Source of the DNA: Candidatus Omnitrophota bacterium
Lineage (GTDB): Bacteria > Omnitrophota > Gorgyraeia > 2-02-FULL-51-18
Assembly: GCA_945877765.1 (NCBI GenBank)
Contig: CAMDWQ010000006.1
Span: 15,046-79,045 of the forward strand
Length of the DNA: 64,000 bases
Direction: 5' to 3'
The first letter of the stretch is position 1. Each line of letters starts with the position of its first letter. Of this stretch, positions 55,931 through 64,000 are shown one piece after another. A program made the translations under genes and the position numbers. The notes beneath the pieces were generated by a model. That model was not told the DNA's origin. It did no database searches and saw nothing but the letters and a program-made list of their open reading frames with translations.

Positions 55931-56488
55931 CTAGGTTTTTCTAATGAGGATCTGTGGGTCCAGAAGCCCTGTGCTCGGATTTAAGGCTCCGTAAAGAGTG
56001 ATGATTTCAAAATGGACGTGGGGTTGAATGCCTGCGGCTGAGGCATTCCCTGTTTTTCCACAAGTCCCAATGATGTCGCCACGAGCCACCCAGTCCCCCT
56101 GGCGCCCATAGAGCCTAGAAAGATGTGCGTAGCGCGTGCGCAGTCCATCAAAGTGTCCAATTTCAGCGTACAAACCATATCCTTTTTCCTGGCCAGCAAA
56201 TACAATCCTGCCTGACTTCGAAGCCAAAACCGGCTCTCCCAATCGCGCCAAGACATCAATCCCCTTGTGCCTGCGCTTGCCATTGCGAGAAGCTCCGAAA
56301 TAACCCTTTCCATAGGGGTCGTTTCTTAGACGAATGCTTTGGGATTCTGGCTTTATAGGACTTGAAAAATATGTCTCTTGTTTGTGAAGCTTATCATCGG
56401 CGCTACGCCAAACTAAGATTAGAGAGGAAAATAGAGCGCAGCCCGCAAGGAAGAACAGCGTGGGTGCACAGGCGGAAAATTTCCGCAC
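55931..56488 (-). CDS. M23-family metallopeptidase
   Basis: HxxxD / HxH-type pattern: KGIDVLARLGEPVLAS...GYGLYAEIGH...GTCGKTGNASAAGIQPHVHFEI. Confidence 0.75.
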   Translation of the reverse strand: MRKFSACAPTLFFLAGCALFSSLILVWRSADDKLHKQETYFSSPIKPESQSIRLRNDPYGKGYFGASRNGKRRHKGIDVLARLGEPVLASKSGRIVFAGQEKGYGLYAEIGHFDGLRTRYAHLSRLYGRQGDWVARGDIIGTCGKTGNASAAGIQPHVHFEIITLYGALNPSTGLLDPQILIRKT

Positions 56489-56633
56489 AAACTAAAACCC
56501 GAAACGCGCCCGGACCAACGCAACCATCACGATACCAATCATGATGCCAACGAACGTGTAGCGGTTTAGATTAAAATCAAAGGGGGCTTGAAACATGCGT
56601 TCATTGTAACAATCCAACCGTAAAACGCAATAC

Positions 56634-56680
56634 AAAAAACCCCACCCATACAAACCCTACGATTTGTATGGGTGGGGGTT
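56634..56680 (-). terminator. rho-independent terminator (minus strand)
   Basis: ccccacccatacaaa / tttgtatgggtgggg 15-bp stem. The plus-strand A-run 56634-56640 gives a T-run on the minus strand. Confidence 0.55.
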
Positions 56681-56696
56681 TATCCTCGGTCCTGAA

Positions 56697-56837
56697 TTAT
56701 TTCAGGCTAAACAGTTTGGTGCCGAATACGACAGCCAAAATGACGATGACGCCGAGGTGGGGTGCGAGCGGTGTCGTAAACACCAGACCCACAACAATAC
56801 CAATCAACATCCCCGCAAGAATATCGGATTTAATCAT
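56697..56837 (-). CDS. small membrane protein (46 aa)
   Basis: ATG at 56837 is 8 nt after AAGGGGG. Two hydrophobic segments. Terminator immediately downstream. Confidence 0.35.
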   Translation of the reverse strand: MIKSDILAGMLIGIVVGLVFTTPLAPHLGVIVILAVVFGTKLFSLK

Positions 56838-56999
56838 CTGAATCACCCCCTTCAAGGAGCAAAGCTTTGATGACTCTGTTTCGATAGGCATCCCTCCTTT
56901 TTGTCATGAACCACTATAGAAAGTATAGTGTTGCGCCTAGGAAATACAATGGCAAGATGAGATTTGCTTAAGAGTTTATAGGGTTTAAGTAACTTTTGC

Positions 57000-57887
57000 T
57001 TAGATGTGCTTAATCAACCAGCCGGAAATTTTCTCGAAAACAGCCTGCCTCTGAACCTCATTCAAGAGTTCGTGGTACCAACCATCATAAAAATGAAGCT
57101 CCTTATCAGCGCTGGAAAGCCTTTGGTAAAAAAGCTGAGTTTTTGGCTTAGAAACAATGCGATCGTCCCCCGCCTGAAGAATAAGCATGGGGGTTTGAAT
57201 CTGCGGGGCTGTCTTGAAAGCCTCAGTAATTCCTTGCAAAAATTCGGTGTATAAACGGGCTGATATTTTAGAATGAATCAGAGGATCCTGCTCGCGCAAC
57301 AACCGCATATCGGGGTCGTGTGTCAGAAACTCTGTCTTCACACCGCTATTTTGTGTGAGCGTCGGCAGCAGGAGCGAGGCCGTTTTGGCGAGTAGAGACT
57401 GCCAGATGGGGATCGGCAAAGCAACGCCAAGGAGAGGTGAAGATAAAATAAGACCCTTGAGATGAACAGGCCGGCACTGCTTTAAAAAAAGCACCGTTAG
57501 GAGACCGCCAAAACTGTGGCCCATTAAAAAAATAGGGACTCCCGCATGAGCTCTTTCTGCTAGCCCATACAAAACCTTAAAATCTGCTTTATACTCCCAC
57601 AGACCGTCGGTGTATCCCCGCTTGCCCCCACTCTCTCCAAACCCACGCAAGTCGGGAATCCAGCATTCAATGCCCAGGGAAGAAAAAAAACAAGCCGACG
57701 GAAGATAGCGGCCTCCATGCTCCCCCAATCCATGAATCAAAAATAAAATGGCTTTTGGCTGCCCCTGAGAAGCAACCTTTCGATAAAAAATAACGTTTTT
57801 ATCATACGCAATAAAACGATGCTCAGAAAAAGTCTCGCCGCTGGAGGCTGCTTGGTCCATTTCAGGATCGACCGGACGACGCATCAA
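57000..57887 (-). CDS. alpha/beta hydrolase (lysophospholipase / monoacylglycerol lipase-like)
   Basis: HGLGEHGGRY oxyanion region and GHSFGG nucleophile elbow. Confidence 0.8.
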   Translation of the reverse strand: MMRRPVDPEMDQAASSGETFSEHRFIAYDKNVIFYRKVASQGQPKAILFLIHGLGEHGGRYLPSACFFSSLGIECWIPDLRGFGESGGKRGYTDGLWEYKADFKVLYGLAERAHAGVPIFLMGHSFGGLLTVLFLKQCRPVHLKGLILSSPLLGVALPIPIWQSLLAKTASLLLPTLTQNSGVKTEFLTHDPDMRLLREQDPLIHSKISARLYTEFLQGITEAFKTAPQIQTPMLILQAGDDRIVSKPKTQLFYQRLSSADKELHFYDGWYHELLNEVQRQAVFEKISGWLIKHI

Positions 57888-59680
57888 TCTCTTGAATAGG
57901 TACCAGAATAGAAAGGCAGAAGACGATCTTTATAACGAGAATAGACTACCTCACGACGTACTTTAAGCGTCGGCGTAAGCTCGCCCGATTCTTGACTAAA
58001 GTCGTTCGGTTCTAGGGCGAAGTATTTAATTTTTTCATAAGATGAAAAATCCGTCATGGCAGCCTGAACTCGAGAGTCCATGAATTCATAAATTTTCTGG
58101 TCCTTAAGAAGCTCTTCGTAGGTGGTATAAGCCATTTTTTGAGTCTTGGCGTAATCGAGCAATTCCTGCTTGTTGGGTACAAGAATGGCGGTGATAAACT
58201 TCATCCCCTCTCCAAAAAGAACACAGCGCAGAATATAAAGATCTTTTGACAGAGCTTCTTCGATGGGCTGGGGTGATACTTTTTTGCCGCCCGAGGTTAC
58301 GATGAGGTCTTTTTTTCTGCCGGTGATCGATAGAAAACCATCGCGGTCAATTTTGCCCAGGTCGCCGGTATAAAACCAGCCGTTTTTCAAAACCGCTTCT
58401 GTTTCCTCGGGCTTTTGATAATAACCTTTCATGACGCATTCACTTTTGGTCAAAATCTCCCCGTCTTCGGCAATCTTAACCTCCACTCCCTCTAAAGGGA
58501 CGCCAACGGTTCCAAAGCGCCACTGATTCTCCCGGTTGACGCTGATCACCGGCGAAGTCTCCGTCAACCCGTATCCCTCATAAATCATCACTCCTAGATC
58601 ATGAAAAAATTCGGCAATCTCTTTGGCTATCGCCGCTCCACCCGAGACACAAAAACGTAGACGCCCGCCCAAGCGCCGACGAAAAGTTTTGTAAACTAGC
58701 TTCTCCGCTAAACGTTCTTCCCAGACTGAAAATAGATTCTTTTTCCGGCTTCCCATTCGCTTGGCTTCGCCAATTTCTTTTGCCCAGAAAAAAAGAGCTT
58801 TTCGGACGGGGCTTGCTTTTTTAACAGCTTCCAAGACTCGGTGTTGAATTTTTTCATAAAAACGCGGCACGCCCAAAAGAAACGTCGGATTCACTTCTAA
58901 AATATTTTTTGAGACAGAGTCAAGATCTTCGGCGTAAGCAATCGTCGCCCCCAGATAGACCATCAGATAATAACCGGCCGTTCGTTCAAACACGTGGCAA
59001 AGAGGCAAAAAAGAAAGGTGCAAATCGTTCTCAGTCATACGCAACGTATCGCGGCAGGCAACTACATTGGCAATAAAATTACGGTGCGTCAACAAAACTC
59101 CTTTGGGCGAGCCTGTGGTGCCCGAGGTATAAATAATACTGGCAATAGCATCCCCAGTCACGGCTTGGGCCAACGCGTCAAGCGCTGTATTCAATTTTGT
59201 TTTGACCAGGTCCCGCCACAAAAAAAGAGGTGTCAAGCTGTCTGGCTTAGAGGCCAAGAGAGAAGAATCAAACGCAATAACGCCTTTGAGATTCGGCAGA
59301 TCTTTCTGGATGGGGAGGATTTTTTCAAATTGCGTCTTATTGGATAACACCAGAAGCGCCGCGCCCGAGTCCGATAAAATATAGGCGGCTTCGGCGGACG
59401 TTAGTGACGGGTAAATAGGAACCGTGGCGATGCCTACCAGTTGCGCGGCCAAATCTGCCATCGCCCATTCGGGCCTATTTTCTGAATAAATAGCAATGCG
59501 ATCCCCTGTCTTAATTCCCATAGACAAATAAGCCGAGGCCATGGCGCGGATATCTTTAGCGGCCTCTTCCCAGACGATCGGTTCAAACTGACCGTCAACT
59601 TTACTCAAGAAAGCGGCTTTTTTGGGCAGTCTTTGGGCTGAATCTAAAAACAAACGGCCAAGATTAAGTGGTTTTTGCAT
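57884..59680 (-). CDS. long-chain fatty acid--CoA ligase (AMP-binding)
   Basis: YTSGTTGSPKGV AMP-binding motif, 598 aa. Confidence 0.85.
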   Translation of the reverse strand: MQKPLNLGRLFLDSAQRLPKKAAFLSKVDGQFEPIVWEEAAKDIRAMASAYLSMGIKTGDRIAIYSENRPEWAMADLAAQLVGIATVPIYPSLTSAEAAYILSDSGAALLVLSNKTQFEKILPIQKDLPNLKGVIAFDSSLLASKPDSLTPLFLWRDLVKTKLNTALDALAQAVTGDAIASIIYTSGTTGSPKGVLLTHRNFIANVVACRDTLRMTENDLHLSFLPLCHVFERTAGYYLMVYLGATIAYAEDLDSVSKNILEVNPTFLLGVPRFYEKIQHRVLEAVKKASPVRKALFFWAKEIGEAKRMGSRKKNLFSVWEERLAEKLVYKTFRRRLGGRLRFCVSGGAAIAKEIAEFFHDLGVMIYEGYGLTETSPVISVNRENQWRFGTVGVPLEGVEVKIAEDGEILTKSECVMKGYYQKPEETEAVLKNGWFYTGDLGKIDRDGFLSITGRKKDLIVTSGGKKVSPQPIEEALSKDLYILRCVLFGEGMKFITAILVPNKQELLDYAKTQKMAYTTYEELLKDQKIYEFMDSRVQAAMTDFSSYEKIKYFALEPNDFSQESGELTPTLKVRREVVYSRYKDRLLPFYSGTYSRD

Positions 59681-59694
59681 CGACCCCTCCTTTT

Positions 59695-61782
59695 CTAGGC
59701 ATTCTGTTGGGCGACCAACGCCTTGATTTTGGGAAGAAGCTTCATCGTCTCTTCTTCCCCCCTTTTGATAAACGGAGCCGGCTTGTAAAATTCAATCCAG
59801 CTGGCACTGGCAAGAATCGGCCGAATTAAAACATCAGCCTCTTCCCCTTTAATTTCTGCAATCTCAGATTCCATGTACTGTATCGTATTCATTAGAATAT
59901 CAACCACATTGGGAACAAACAAACGGTGCAAGCGTTTTTTGATGCGATAGATAAGGCGAATAAAAAAGTTTTTACGACGAACGGCTTGCTCTTGTCTTTG
60001 AGCTAAGTCCTCCAAATAAAGGCGCTGTTCCAGCGTGTCTTTAATCGTGGGGAATACATTCACCGCAATGACCTTGTGCACACCCGCGTCATGCAGAGCT
60101 TTAATGGGTAGTGGATTTAGGATGCCGCCGTCAACAATCGTATCCCCACCAATAAAGACCGGTTTAAAAACAGCGGGGATGGCAATTGAAGCGCGGACGG
60201 CCTCCTCGATCATCCCCGAATCAAAAATAATGGAGTCTCGAGTCGAAAGGTTCGTGCCTGTAATTTTTAAGGGGATGCGACAACTCTCAAATGTTTTATT
60301 TTCCAAATGCCGGCTTAAATGCCTCATGATTCCGCGGCCATTCAAAAAACCACGCACAGGATAAAGGCTGATATCCAGCAATCGAGTCAGCAGTAACCGC
60401 GGGGTAATCCCCATAGCAATTTTTTCAATTTCGGAGGCATCCTGGCTAACCGCGTAAACCGATCCAATCAGAGCGCCGACGCTCGAACCCGCAATGACAT
60501 CAATGGGTATTTTTTCTCTTTCAAGCACTTTGAGCACGCCGATATGAGCCAATCCAAACGCCGCTCCACTGCCAAGCACAAGACCCACCAGATTGTTACT
60601 GACAAAACGAGCGATATGACGAACCACTCGCGAATACTCAGCCTCTGGCGAATACACTACCACCGGCTCTTTGGGCGGATCCTCATCGCTAAAGAATGGC
60701 GGAGCCGCGAGAGAGAAGCATCTCTTTTTTGAAAAAAGTTCTTGGCGGACGAGATTGGTTGTACGGACGCCAAAAAAAATTTCTCTCATCACAACCGCCG
60801 TGCAACCTTCGGAAGCAGGAATTAATTTTTCGACATCCGCCATCGCTTCCTGCGTCTGCCGGATATTGTTCATGTGGCTGTCTGTTACAAAAAAAATGAA
60901 GTCCGATTGAGTAAGCGTTTTCAAAACCAAAGAGTTCATTTCGCTTGGCAGGTCAATCAGGATAAACCGATACTCAATTGCTAGATGATTGAGGATAGCG
61001 ATCATCGCTTTTTCGGACTGGCCCTCTACTTCCTCCACCGAAAGACTTAAAACATCAAACTCCGCTTCATGCCGGATGCGGTGAGGCGCAATTGAATCTG
61101 ATTCGGAATGCCCAAAATTATCAAATCCTGTCAGCGGTGCCTTCTTGATGGTCTCAAAACCGGGCATACTATCCGACTCGTCAGATCCCAAATCAATCAA
61201 AATTGTTTTCTGATGAGTTTCGTGAAAAAGGCTGGCTGCTAGATTGACAGAAAAGTGAGCGCGCTCATTTTTGGGCTGGTGGCTATAAACAGAAAAAACA
61301 TCACTTCGAAAAAGAGTTTTAGCGCGCGAATTGTCGCCGCGTAGACGATGGCTTAAGCGACGGCTAAGTTCTAGGGAAATCGTGGCGTTATGTTCGATCG
61401 TGCGCTCGAAATCGTCTTTTTTGAGCTCTAGAACCAAGGAGTCCGAAAGAGCTCTAAGAGTCGCCGAATGCGGCTGGCGCGTTAAAAGCGACATCTCCCC
61501 AAAGTGATCTCCCCGCCGCAAATAAGCCAGAATTTTCTTTTTTTCCAGCGAAGCCACAAAAGCCTCAAACCGTCCGGATACGACCACATAGAAGCTATCC
61601 GCCGGGTTTCCCTCACGGTAGACGGTTTCATCCCGCTTAAACTCTACCAAACGCATCAGCTGGCTGATGGATTTTAACTCCCACTGGCTTAAACCAGCAA
61701 ATAGAGGGCACTGCCCCAAGATTGAAACTTTATCAATTTTTTGAAACGGTGAGTGGGACTCCTGAGCGTGGGTTGAGTCCAT
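59695..61782 (-). CDS. cyclic-nucleotide-binding domain + patatin-like phospholipase (NTE-like architecture)
   Basis: N-terminal CAP_ED (FYVVVSGRFEAF...GDHFGEMSLL). C-terminal patatin GSGAAFG...GSSVGAL (GxSxG) and DGG motif in IVDGGILNP. Roughly 220-aa middle region unassigned. Confidence 0.8.
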   Translation of the reverse strand: MDSTHAQESHSPFQKIDKVSILGQCPLFAGLSQWELKSISQLMRLVEFKRDETVYREGNPADSFYVVVSGRFEAFVASLEKKKILAYLRRGDHFGEMSLLTRQPHSATLRALSDSLVLELKKDDFERTIEHNATISLELSRRLSHRLRGDNSRAKTLFRSDVFSVYSHQPKNERAHFSVNLAASLFHETHQKTILIDLGSDESDSMPGFETIKKAPLTGFDNFGHSESDSIAPHRIRHEAEFDVLSLSVEEVEGQSEKAMIAILNHLAIEYRFILIDLPSEMNSLVLKTLTQSDFIFFVTDSHMNNIRQTQEAMADVEKLIPASEGCTAVVMREIFFGVRTTNLVRQELFSKKRCFSLAAPPFFSDEDPPKEPVVVYSPEAEYSRVVRHIARFVSNNLVGLVLGSGAAFGLAHIGVLKVLEREKIPIDVIAGSSVGALIGSVYAVSQDASEIEKIAMGITPRLLLTRLLDISLYPVRGFLNGRGIMRHLSRHLENKTFESCRIPLKITGTNLSTRDSIIFDSGMIEEAVRASIAIPAVFKPVFIGGDTIVDGGILNPLPIKALHDAGVHKVIAVNVFPTIKDTLEQRLYLEDLAQRQEQAVRRKNFFIRLIYRIKKRLHRLFVPNVVDILMNTIQYMESEIAEIKGEEADVLIRPILASASWIEFYKPAPFIKRGEEETMKLLPKIKALVAQQNA

Positions 61783-61788
61783 GCAGAC

Positions 61789-62151
61789 TTACGAGTTTTT
61801 GAGGTAACGCCCGATAAACTGTTCCAAACGCTTTTGATCGGCTGGTTTGGTGTTGGAAAAATAAATAGCCACAAGATACCGCCCGGTACGCAAATCTTTG
61901 TCTTTGCGCACCAAAACACCCTTCATATGTACCGATTGACGCTTCCCCGAGCTGCCAGCCGGTAATTCAAGCCCAATGGCCAACTGACTCATCATAGGGA
62001 TATCCTTGTCGACGACACACATCGCGCCACTGCAGGAAATATTGATGGTAATGGCTTGGATATCGTAACCCCGGTGCCCGATCTTAAAAAGAAGAGGCTC
62101 TGATATGCGTACTGAGCGGCGTCTTTCTGCGACCCGCTTGGGGAGACTCAT
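61789..62151 (-). CDS. PilZ-domain protein
   Basis: ERRRSVRISEP then NISCSGAM, 120 aa. 6 nt upstream of the patatin gene. Confidence 0.65.
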   Translation of the reverse strand: MSLPKRVAERRRSVRISEPLLFKIGHRGYDIQAITINISCSGAMCVVDKDIPMMSQLAIGLELPAGSSGKRQSVHMKGVLVRKDKDLRTGRYLVAIYFSNTKPADQKRLEQFIGRYLKNS

Positions 62152-62155
62152 GAGG

Positions 62156-62416
62156 TCATCCTGCTGCTTTTTCAGTCGAGGCGGATGAAGCGACGGTGGC
62201 GGCAGCTGCCGCTTCCTTGGCTTTTAGTGCTTTTTCCGCGTTGGTCGCGACAAACAACCGATGAGCCTGTTTGTTAGCAAAATATTTTCCGTCCCGGTAG
62301 TACCAGTCTTTACGGCGAATTCTTTTATTACTTTGTGCACAGTTGGTGGGCTTAACCTTCTTAATCTTACCCTTTGCTTCAACCGCTGCTTCCTGCTTCT
62401 TAACTTCGTCTGCCAT
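62156..62416 (-). CDS. small basic hypothetical protein
   Basis: Start MADEVKK. Lys/Ala-rich, no motif recognised. Confidence 0.3.
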   Translation of the reverse strand: MADEVKKQEAAVEAKGKIKKVKPTNCAQSNKRIRRKDWYYRDGKYFANKQAHRLFVATNAEKALKAKEAAAAATVASSASTEKAAG

Positions 62417-62584
62417 TGCGCTACACTCCATTTCTAAACATTTAAGGGGTTAACCTCCTCACCCGGACCCCAAATCGAACACGCCAGGGAAACCGAAAGG
62501 AGGTTTTTCACACCATATTAAACACTTGCCCCCCAAAATCAAGACTAATCTTTGCTCTCACAGAAACCACCGACCGCCCAAAAA

Positions 62585-62935
62585 TTAGCCGATAGCCACC
62601 GAGTAGACATAATCTAAAATTTTATTTAAATCGGAAGGGTCTACATTTTGAAAACGGACACCCGCTTCACGCGCAGGATTATGCTTATCTTTAGTAGCAG
62701 AAGCCCAAACGACATCCCCCACCACACAAACCGCATCCTCCAGATAAGGGACTTGAATCTGAATGCGAATCAACTCGCCTACACGGACCGGCTCCTTGAC
62801 AATCAGGCTCAATCCACCAATGCTAATGTTTTTTATGCACGAGCTAAAAGCTCTTTGCTTTTTATGCTTCTTGATTAGACTGTATTCAACTGGCAGCGGA
62901 GCCCGCAACCGTATAAATTTTCGATTTTCAATCAT
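62585..62935 (-). CDS. PilZ-domain protein
   Basis: NRKFIRLRAP then NISIGGLSL. Confidence 0.65.
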   Translation of the reverse strand: MIENRKFIRLRAPLPVEYSLIKKHKKQRAFSSCIKNISIGGLSLIVKEPVRVGELIRIQIQVPYLEDAVCVVGDVVWASATKDKHNPAREAGVRFQNVDPSDLNKILDYVYSVAIG

Positions 62936-63359
62936 GCGTATGTTTTTTTTCGGCAGCTGTTTTTTTGGTAGTTTTGAGCCACTCGCGGTAGACGTACTCC
63001 AGCACCCGCATACGATCCGCCTGGTTGATCTTGGTCAAGCGCACACCAGTGTCAAAGCCATCCGCCCAGGCCACCTTACCCGTTGCAAATACTGGCAGGT
63101 TATCGCCAGGGACATTCATTTGGATTTCAAGCGCGGTTCCCACTGGAACTTGGTCCTTCATACCAATCCTTAGCCCTTCCTTGCTCAAGTCCTTCGCCAG
63201 AGCCTTGCCAAAAAGAGGGTTTAATGTCAGGGTTTTATACTGGATATCAACTGGCGTGTTAAAGCGCAGATACTTTCGCCGCTCGTTCATCTGCTCCTGA
63301 TGAGTTGGTTTTTTATTTATCTCTGAGTGGGGCCCGGCCTCTGCAGGATGTTTGGTCAT
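62928..63359 (-). CDS. PilZ-domain protein
   Basis: ERRKYLRFNTP then DLSKEGLRI. Alternative ATG at 63290 after AGGAG would remove a 23-aa N-terminal extension. Confidence 0.6.
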   Translation of the reverse strand: MTKHPAEAGPHSEINKKPTHQEQMNERRKYLRFNTPVDIQYKTLTLNPLFGKALAKDLSKEGLRIGMKDQVPVGTALEIQMNVPGDNLPVFATGKVAWADGFDTGVRLTKINQADRMRVLEYVYREWLKTTKKTAAEKKHTHD

Positions 63360-63367
63360 CGTCAGCT

Positions 63368-63559
63368 CTAATCGTTTTTAAAATAGTGAATCAGGTCGCT
63401 CTTTAAAAAACGGTAGTTGTCGCCCACTTTGCGCCCCGGTATTTTCTTTGCCTTTACCAGTTTGTATAGAGTTTGACGGCTAATGCTTAAAAAATCACAA
63501 GCATCCTCAGTTGTAAGAGCCTTGTCACTACCCCTATCCAACAAAACATTTTTACTCAT
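63368..63559 (-). CDS. helix-turn-helix (excisionase/MerR-like) DNA-binding protein
   Basis: LTTEDACDFLSISRQTLYKLVKAKKIPGRKVG, 63 aa from MSKNV. Confidence 0.55.
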   Translation of the reverse strand: MSKNVLLDRGSDKALTTEDACDFLSISRQTLYKLVKAKKIPGRKVGDNYRFLKSDLIHYFKND

Positions 63560-63720
63560 TTTTTTGTCCCCTAATTCTTTCTGTATCAACGAAGATCCAT
63601 TAGAGCAAAACCCGAAATCATTGTCAATAGATTATTATATTAGTTAATTAAGGTTAATCTTAGTAAACAAAAATGGTTTAATTGTGCGGGAGTCAAAAAG
63701 AAGCTAGAATGCAGCCGCTC

Positions 63721-63760
63721 AAAAAAAACCCCACGGGCGAATTGATGCCCGCAGGATTAT
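63721..63760 (-). terminator. putative rho-independent terminator (minus strand)
   Basis: cgggc / gcccg GC stem. The plus-strand 8-A run 63721-63728 gives a T-run on the minus strand. Lies directly after the stop of the partial paralog-3 gene. Confidence 0.35.
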
Positions 63761-63774
63761 TAAAACTGCTTTAT

Positions 63775-64000
63775 TTAGAACACATATTCAGGTTGGAGGA
63801 TGGGCTGGTAATCTTGTGGCAGGGGAAACGGAAAAGTCACGATTTCATAAAGACCTCCCCCCGTACGAACGATGGACATTCCCACGCCCCTTGCCAAACC
63901 TAGCGTGAGTCCGGAGAAGGCATTATCCTCTACGCTGGTATTATAAATATTCTTCGGCAGTTCAACCCAGCCAGTAAGGGTGTTGGCAACTCCGCGGCCC
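63775..64000 (-). CDS. small secreted protein, TIGR04073-like family (paralog 3), 5'-truncated by the window edge
   Basis: Hand translation of the minus strand: ...GVANTLTGWVELPKNIYNTSVEDNAFSGLTLGLARGVGMSIVRTGGGLYEIVTFPFPLPQDYQPILQPEYVF*. Shares the TLGW and G-rich blocks plus the aromatic tail with paralogs 1 and 2. Confidence 0.45.
   Translation of the reverse strand, partial: GRGVANTLTGWVELPKNIYNTSVEDNAFSGLTLGLARGVGMSIVRTGGGLYEIVTFPFPLPQDYQPILQPEYVF

Noticed and set aside
56892-56999. Near-palindrome cactatagaaagtatagtg upstream of the alpha/beta-hydrolase operon
   Set aside because: Imperfect 6-7 bp arms only. Could be an operator, but the evidence is too weak to list as a feature.
63682-63903. 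73-aa plus-strand ORF near the window end
   Set aside because: The opposite strand encodes a clear paralog of the small secreted family (hand-translated) with its own terminator. The plus ORF has no support.
1-64000. CRISPR arrays, rRNA genes, integrases/transposases, prophage blocks
   Set aside because: Scanned for regularly spaced direct repeats, rRNA-like conserved stretches and recombinase motifs. None found. The only mobile-type items are the RelE/RHH pair and the 130-bp palindromic element.

Overview
This 64 kb window is a bacterial chromosomal segment with about 48-50% GC. It is densely coding on both strands, with many overlapping or adjacent (likely translationally coupled) genes. 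Gene content suggests an uncultivated or poorly characterised lineage, but taxonomy cannot be determined from sequence alone.

Main content, 5' to 3':
- folD and metF (C1-folate metabolism).
- A RelE/ParE-RHH toxin-antitoxin pair, followed by a roughly 130 bp nested inverted-repeat element resembling a miniature inverted-repeat (MITE/REP-like) element.
- A tightly packed heme-precursor operon: panB, a hemX-like membrane gene, hemA, hemC, a cobA-hemD fusion, hemB and hemL. It is followed by a polyprenyl synthase, tatA, mnmA and a tRNA with a CAT anticodon.
- tilS, rpsU (missing from the ORF track because it is under 60 aa) and rmuC.
- An operon encoding a PC4-like small protein, a membrane-anchored protein and a ParA-family ATPase fused to a CBM48-type glycogen-binding module.
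- A NUDIX hydrolase and a bifunctional-nuclease-family gene with overlapping stop and start codons, a UvrD helicase and an MFS transporter.
- A respiratory locus: HEAT-repeat protein, Rieske protein, cytochrome b, a subunit-IV-like protein, a 951-aa octaheme cytochrome c, a cupredoxin-like protein, a fused heme A synthase / heme O synthase, SCO1, unknown membrane proteins and a ferredoxin.
- A divergent gshB / gshA pair (glutathione synthesis).
- A minus-strand block: porin-like outer-membrane protein, ornithine cyclodeaminase, nadE, queD/PTPS, folE, yajQ, sucDC, mdh, yqeY, secreted proteins including a 628-aa HExxH protein, and an M23 peptidase.
- A putative lipid-turnover operon (alpha/beta hydrolase, acyl-CoA ligase, cNMP-binding patatin phospholipase) placed directly behind a run of three PilZ-domain genes and an HTH gene.

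In total the window holds five PilZ-domain proteins plus YajQ. It also holds three paralogs of a small secreted protein family that I tentatively recognise as the exosortase-system-associated TIGR04073 type. No CRISPR array, rRNA or obvious integrase/transposase is present.

The ORF track uses GTG/TTG as well as ATG starts. Several starts were re-assigned from RBS and overlap evidence.
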